DNA of 52,392 bases from a virus (lineage: Duplodnaviria; Caudoviricetes). The notes under the pieces were generated by a model, which was not told the origin of the DNA, ran no database searches, and was given only the letters and a program-made list of their open reading frames with translations. How positions within the stretch are numbered: position 1 is the stretch's first letter; every line of letters starts with the position of its first letter. Below are positions 48,170-52,392 of this stretch, piece after piece. The translations under genes were made by a program, and so were the position numbers. Where the stretch lies: positions 1 through 52,392 of IMG/VR virus record IMGVR_UViG_3300025131_005133; one strand, given 5' to 3'.

Positions 48170-48212
48170 AGTATAACTTTAACTCTTGTTACAAACTGTT
48201 ACAATTAAAAAC

Positions 48213-48242
48213 TTGACTTATGTCAGGTTTTTGTCGTATATT
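48213..48242 (+). promoter_or_regulatory. Promoter TTGACT-N18-TATATT
   Basis: Repeated motif; TGTTACAA direct repeat immediately upstream. Confidence 0.8.
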
Positions 48243-48278
48243 ATAGAAGATGATGAGAGAGAGAAATAAAGGAATTAA

Positions 48279-48500
48279 ATGGCAATAGTAAGTAAAGATC
48301 CAAACAAAAAACAAGTAATAGATTTAACAGGTCCTCAAGGTAATGCATTTTATCTATTGGGTTTGGCTAGTAAGTTGAGTAAACAAGTAGGAATAGAACA
48401 CGAAGGGTTTATATTAGATGATATGAAATCAGGTGATTATGAACATTTAATTAAAACATTTGATCACTATTTTGGTGATGTAATAGATTTGGAGAGATAA
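48279..48500 (+). CDS. Conserved phage hypothetical protein
   Basis: IDLTGPQGNAF.L...M.SGDYEHL...F motif recognised from large phages. Confidence 0.7.
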   Translation: MAIVSKDPNKKQVIDLTGPQGNAFYLLGLASKLSKQVGIEHEGFILDDMKSGDYEHLIKTFDHYFGDVIDLER

Positions 48501-48502
48501 GA

Positions 48503-48889
48503 ATGATTAACGGAATAAAACCCATAGTATCAAACACAACACCAACTGAAAAGAAACCTACAACGAATGGTTTATCATTTGATGAAGCTATGGATAACTT
48601 ACTTGCTACAATACAAGTATCGTATAATAAATGGGGTAGTAGAACTGGTATAGATAAAGTATTAGATTTAAAACTACAACCTGGTAGAAAGTTTATTAAG
48701 GTTGTAGAAGGTAATAGAGTATGGGGATTCGTTGCTAAAGTAGATGGAACTCATAAAGGGTTGCCAATGGCTAAAGGTGATATTATGAAAGCCGCAGGTT
48801 GGGCAGCAGCTGCTAAACATAGTAGAGGTTCTATCTTCGATTCGGAGATGCATAAGAGTTTTAGTTGGACTGGTCCAAATTACTTATAA
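48503..48889 (+). CDS. Conserved phage hypothetical protein
   Basis: GRKFIKV...VWGFV...GDIMKAAGW.A.AKH.RG.I motif recognised from T4-like marine phages. Confidence 0.7.
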   Translation: MINGIKPIVSNTTPTEKKPTTNGLSFDEAMDNLLATIQVSYNKWGSRTGIDKVLDLKLQPGRKFIKVVEGNRVWGFVAKVDGTHKGLPMAKGDIMKAAGWAAAAKHSRGSIFDSEMHKSFSWTGPNYL

Positions 48890-48912
48890 AATAAAAAAAG
48901 GATAAAATAAGA

Positions 48913-49071
48913 ATGAATGAATTAGTATGTAGAGATTGTGGAACAATGACAAATTGTAGTGAAACAGCTGTGGCTGTTACTTGTTCCAGTTGTGTTAATA
49001 GTAGAATATCAGGTGTATTTACTACAACACCTGAGGAAATTACAGTAATTATGAGTGATTTATGTTATTAG
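48913..49071 (+). CDS. Small Zn-finger protein (52 aa)
   Basis: MNELVCRDC...VTCSSCV. Confidence 0.65.
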   Translation: MNELVCRDCGTMTNCSETAVAVTCSSCVNSRISGVFTTTPEEITVIMSDLCY

Positions 49072-49187
49072 ACGGATTTGTATTATTTATAGAAGCCACT
49101 ATAACAACGCTGTTAGTGTTGGCGTTACCAGTTGTAGTGTTGGGATTGTTTTACGATAAAATAAAGGAAATGTTAAATGACAATTAA
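49062..49187 (+). CDS. Small membrane protein (41 aa)
   Basis: MLLDGFVLFIEATITTLLVLALPVVVLGLFYDKIKEMLNDN*. Confidence 0.55.
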   Translation: MLLDGFVLFIEATITTLLVLALPVVVLGLFYDKIKEMLNDN

Positions 49188-49341
49188 AGAATTGTTGGAA
49201 AGATTAGAAACAATTAAAGATTCTCTATCGGATGTAGATAACCGATATGGAGTAGAAGGAACAATGGATGACCTAGCTATCTTGATAGATGATATAGATA
49301 GTTTTGGTGTAGAAGAAGATATGGAAAGTGAGGATTGGTAA
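49177..49341 (+). CDS. Small acidic protein (54 aa)
   Basis: MTIKELLERLETIKDSL...ESEDW*; AAGGA RBS. Confidence 0.65.
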   Translation: MTIKELLERLETIKDSLSDVDNRYGVEGTMDDLAILIDDIDSFGVEEDMESEDW

Positions 49342-49581
49342 ATGGTTGAAGGGATAAATAAATATTTAGCCGAAGAATTTGTGATGGTTCGGATTGGTTC
49401 AAATTGGTTCGTACTTGATTCAGTTGAACTTTTAGATGGTGAAATGCCAATTATGGTGTCAGATGATAAAGGTGAAGAATACGAATTTGATATGGCCGAT
49501 GTTGAAGAATTTGAATCAGAATCAGAGGGTGTTGAAGCTCTTGTAATGATGGGTAATTGTAATTTAGTAGGAATTACTTAA
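49342..49581 (+). CDS. Acidic hypothetical protein
   Basis: About 20 D/E versus 3 K/R in 79 aa; GAGG RBS. Confidence 0.65.
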   Translation: MVEGINKYLAEEFVMVRIGSNWFVLDSVELLDGEMPIMVSDDKGEEYEFDMADVEEFESESEGVEALVMMGNCNLVGIT

Positions 49582-49608
49582 AATAATTAAAAAAAAGACT
49601 TGACTTAT
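49578..49608 (+). repeat. 31-bp direct repeat, copy 1 (stop codon, A-tract, -35 box)
   Basis: 30/31 identical to 51722-51752. Confidence 0.8.
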
Positions 49609-49629
49609 GTTAGGTTTTATTCGTATATT
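49600..49629 (+). promoter_or_regulatory. Promoter TTGACT-N18-TATATT
   Basis: Repeated motif. Confidence 0.8.
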
Positions 49630-49655
49630 ATAGGGTAATGAGAAAGGGTAATTAA

Positions 49656-49955
49656 ATGAGTTTAGAAGTATTAGTATTAGATAGTGTTGGTTCTTGTATA
49701 GATACCGATGGTGTTGTTTATCCGTTGAATGTGGATGACACTCCAGATACATATAGTGGTGTTGATTGGTTAGATACATCTGATGAATGGAGTGAATCTT
49801 TATCAGAAGAAGATGCTGGATTATTAAATGATTGGTTGTTAGAGAATAATTATTCTGTTGATGTTGATTATTCAGATGAAGAACTTATGGAATTAGAATT
49901 TTTAAGTAGATATGAAAGTGGTGAAATTACGGATTTAGATGCCTCCCTTTTATAG
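49656..49955 (+). CDS. Extremely acidic protein
   Basis: About 28 D/E versus a single R in 99 aa. Confidence 0.7.
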   Translation: MSLEVLVLDSVGSCIDTDGVVYPLNVDDTPDTYSGVDWLDTSDEWSESLSEEDAGLLNDWLLENNYSVDVDYSDEELMELEFLSRYESGEITDLDASLL

Positions 49956-50415
49956 AAACCCAAAACCAGAAACTATAGAAAAGCGTAAATTAGAATATGC
50001 TGAAAAGTATGAAACTGAAATTAAGTGGTTATCTTCTAATGAGTTAGCACTCAAAGAGAGTTTCTTATCAGATATGTTACGAGTATTAAAAACAGGTAAC
50101 AGACTATTTTCGGAGAAGATGCACAATGCTGTATTGAAATCAATGAAGAATCCGAGATATGATATGGTAAAGATGATTGAACGAAAAGATAAGATGAAAC
50201 CCATCCTTGAAAAAATCAATCGTGTTTGGGAATTGGTTGCTGAAGTTGATGAAGGTAAGAATGATTGGTATTTAGCTAACTATTCAGCACTACCATTTGT
50301 GAACTCTCTCAAAGAACAATTTGAAAGAAATGCTATGTTATCAGAAAAACAGATGAGTGCGTTGAATAAAGTTTATAAGAAATATATGAAACGATGGGAA
50401 AATAAAGAGAAATGA
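49939..50415 (+). CDS. Hypothetical protein (paralog cluster member)
   Basis: Two F(L/V).....(F/L)SEK repeats; ends LNKVYKKY. Confidence 0.7.
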   Translation: MPPFYRNPKPETIEKRKLEYAEKYETEIKWLSSNELALKESFLSDMLRVLKTGNRLFSEKMHNAVLKSMKNPRYDMVKMIERKDKMKPILEKINRVWELVAEVDEGKNDWYLANYSALPFVNSLKEQFERNAMLSEKQMSALNKVYKKYMKRWENKEK

Positions 50416-50795
50416 ACCACGAGTTTATAAATCAAAAGTTTATAGATAAATTTACTAAACTTAGATTTAGGATTTCATTTAAAGCTAGAGAATCACATAG
50501 TCTTGGAGAACTCGAAGTAATCAATGATATGGACTGGGTTAAACGAAAGATTGAAGATTTGAGTGGTGGTATTGTTATAGATATAACTGAATTTGGTAAA
50601 GCTAATCAATTGTGGAAACAATATTCCGATACCGGAATAACAGAAGATTCTATGTGGGGTTATATTGATACTTGTTTAACAGCTAAAATGAAGATTGAAG
50701 CGATTAAGACATACAGAAAATTTACAGGTAGTGGTTTAAGAGAAGCTAAGAATGTAATTGATGCACGAGAAATGAAAAATAAAGGATTGATATAG
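50412..50795 (+). CDS. Paralog-cluster protein with C-terminal ribosomal L7/L12 CTD-like motif
   Basis: KIEAIKTYRKFTGSGLREAKNVID resembles the bL12 motif KI.VIK.VR..TGLGLKEAK.LVE. Confidence 0.72.
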   Translation: MNHEFINQKFIDKFTKLRFRISFKARESHSLGELEVINDMDWVKRKIEDLSGGIVIDITEFGKANQLWKQYSDTGITEDSMWGYIDTCLTAKMKIEAIKTYRKFTGSGLREAKNVIDAREMKNKGLI

Positions 50796-51017
50796 ATGAA
50801 AGATGAAGATTATATACACGATAGTAATCCTATTGTTGGTAAACTATTAAAGTTAAAGTATCGTATCAATGATGCTTATAGAGCTGGTCGCGTTACACCA
50901 AAATCAGATAAGGATTTCGTTATAGGATTGATTAACAATATCAGAAAAAGGGAACAAAACCCATCAAAGATTCAGTTAGAAGAATGTAACAAAATATGGA
51001 ATAAATATGCCAACTAA
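50796..51017 (+). CDS. Hypothetical protein (paralog cluster member)
   Basis: KLKYRI...DKDFV...CNKIWNKY. Confidence 0.65.
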   Translation: MKDEDYIHDSNPIVGKLLKLKYRINDAYRAGRVTPKSDKDFVIGLINNIRKREQNPSKIQLEECNKIWNKYAN

Positions 51018-51264
51018 AGGAAAACCTACAAGATTAAAAGATGTACTTGGTGTTGGTTACAATGAAAACGATTGGATTTACGATAAATTTATTGCATTAT
51101 TGAAAAGAATTGAAGGTGTCAATCCATCTATGGATAACCCTGAATTGAGATGGGTTGAGGATAGGATAGACGATTTGGAGAGAGGTATCTTTTTAAATAC
51201 AAACGACATTTTAAAAGCTAATGAATATTGGAAAAAATACAAACAACAGACAGGAGAAAAATGA
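51007..51264 (+). CDS. Hypothetical protein (paralog cluster member)
   Basis: DKF...RI...WVEDRIDDL..G...ANEYWKKY. Confidence 0.65.
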   Translation: MPTKGKPTRLKDVLGVGYNENDWIYDKFIALLKRIEGVNPSMDNPELRWVEDRIDDLERGIFLNTNDILKANEYWKKYKQQTGEK

Positions 51265-51509
51265 AAAGGATATTGATAATATCAACATTACTTATTTCAT
51301 CAATTTTATCAAACGATGTCTTGGACAAAGAAGAAATGAAATTGTGGGATGAACACAAAAAGTGGAATGAGAAGTGGAGTGTAGCTGTGATAGACAGAAA
51401 CAAAGAACTGACTAAAAAGTATGGTAAAAATTGGTATGAATACAAGATATGTGTTACCATACCAAAAGAAGAACTGATGACTAAAGAAATGAAAAAACTT
51501 ACAAAATAG
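51261..51509 (+). CDS. Small exported protein
   Basis: AGGAG RBS, ATG 51261; MKRILIISTLLISSILS signal-like N-terminus. Confidence 0.6.
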   Translation: MKRILIISTLLISSILSNDVLDKEEMKLWDEHKKWNEKWSVAVIDRNKELTKKYGKNWYEYKICVTIPKEELMTKEMKKLTK

Positions 51510-51521
51510 GATAAGGTAAAA

Positions 51522-51725
51522 ATGACAATACAACAGATGATAGAAGAGCTAGAAAACATCAACGAACAAGCAATAGAAGATGATGAAATAACAAAAGGTG
51601 CAGTAATAGAAGCACTAACAGATTTAATTAGAGATGCCAAAGGTAATGATTTTGATTTAATCTTTGATGACGCTGATGATTTCACTTCGTATGAAGAAAC
51701 AGATTTTACAGATTTAGATTATTAA
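51522..51725 (+). CDS. Small acidic protein
   Basis: MTIQQMIEELENI start resembles the 49177 ORF. Confidence 0.65.
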   Translation: MTIQQMIEELENINEQAIEDDEITKGAVIEALTDLIRDAKGNDFDLIFDDADDFTSYEETDFTDLDY

Positions 51726-51752
51726 AATAATTTAAAAAAAGACTTGACTTAT
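51722..51752 (+). repeat. 31-bp direct repeat, copy 2
   Basis: 30/31 identical to 49578-49608. Confidence 0.8.
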
Positions 51753-51773
51753 ATACTCAATCTTTCGTATATT
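51744..51773 (+). promoter_or_regulatory. Promoter TTGACT-N18-TATATT
   Basis: Repeated motif. Confidence 0.8.
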
Positions 51774-51809
51774 GTAATTATATGATAAACGATAAACTTT
51801 AAGGATATT

Positions 51810-52392
51810 ATGAACTATACAACAACAACAAACGGAGCAGTAACGAACACAACATCAGGAACAGAATGTCTTGATTTGTTCACTCGTATCGGTAATATGC
51901 GACATGCTGATAGGTTGTTTATCCTTGAGAATTTCGATAGAGCATATAAAGATGACCCTAAATTAGCAACACAAGTTTTATTTTGGGCGAGAGCAGCACG
52001 AATAGGTTCTGGTGAACGGAATACTTTCTATACAGTATTAGATGAAATAGCAAAGTGTTCACCTGATTTCATTGTTGATAATGCAAGAACCTTAGCTGAA
52101 TTAGGTTATTATAAAGACTTGGTTAGATACTTTCACATTCCAGGTGTAGTTTCAACTTTCGCCCAAGCAATTCGTGAAAAGGATAGGTTAGCCTGTAAAT
52201 GGGCTCCTCGTAAATGTTCTGATTTAAGAGATGAACTGGGTTTCACCAATCGAGAATATAGAAAATGGTTGAAGAGATATTCTGAAACTGTTGAACAAAA
52301 GATGTCTGATAAAGAGTGGTCTGAAATAGAATATTCTTCAGTTCCTGGCTCTGCTATGAGGAGATATGGCAAAGCATTTGATAAACAGGATA
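51810..52392 (+). CDS. DUF2828-family protein (partial, runs off the window)
   Basis: MNYTTTTNGA...SG..CLDLF...LFWARAARIGSGER..F...GYYKDL...CKWAPR...YRKWL...IEYSSVP..AM..Y; absent from the track because it has no stop. Confidence 0.8.
   Translation, partial: MNYTTTTNGAVTNTTSGTECLDLFTRIGNMRHADRLFILENFDRAYKDDPKLATQVLFWARAARIGSGERNTFYTVLDEIAKCSPDFIVDNARTLAELGYYKDLVRYFHIPGVVSTFAQAIREKDRLACKWAPRKCSDLRDELGFTNREYRKWLKRYSETVEQKMSDKEWSEIEYSSVPGSAMRRYGKAFDKQD

Noticed and set aside
845-52372. All minus-strand ORFs in the track (e.g. 44990-45520, 51218-51685)
   Set aside because: They are antisense shadows of well-supported + strand genes, with no recognisable motifs or RBS
1-52392. Genome-wide stop codon reassignment (TGA as Trp or Gly)
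   Set aside because: Many genes end at TGA in ATGA overlaps with complete domains, double stops occur (13355-13360, 23586-23591), and Trp uses TGG; only the protease TGA interrupts a domain
45348-52392. tRNA, ncRNA or intrinsic terminators in apparent gaps
   Set aside because: The gaps are filled by small ORFs under 60 aa or by promoters; no cloverleaf or GC hairpin with U-tract was seen by eye

Overview
AT-rich, gene-dense segment with every credible gene on the + strand. It is best read as part of a large dsDNA bacteriophage with a T4-like replisome; a marine or FCB-group host is inferred only indirectly. Layout: (1) 1-5.4 kb: Mom-like DNA modification enzyme, class II ribonucleotide reductase, and two cytidylyltransferases flanking a lipoprotein trypsin-dockerin gene; (2) 5.4-17.3 kb: family B DNA polymerase, sliding clamp, clamp loader subunits, DUF1599, RecB-type exonuclease, SLOG, GIY-YIG, two GT4 enzymes and a gp2-like protein; (3) 17.3-45.3 kb: a ~28 kb island of about 28 nucleotide-sugar synthesis, sugar-decoration and glycosyltransferase genes (GDP-colitose-type trio, nonulosonate module, formyl-, acyl-, O- and C-methyltransferases); (4) 45.4-52.4 kb: small early-type genes behind repeated TTGACT-N18-TATATT promoters, ending in a truncated DUF2828 gene. 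Top finding: the protease that the ORF track splits in two is one reading frame with an in-frame TGA exactly at the conserved Cys220 position, followed by a GC-rich hairpin, making it a candidate phage-encoded selenoprotein. All family assignments come from motif recognition by eye, not from database searches.
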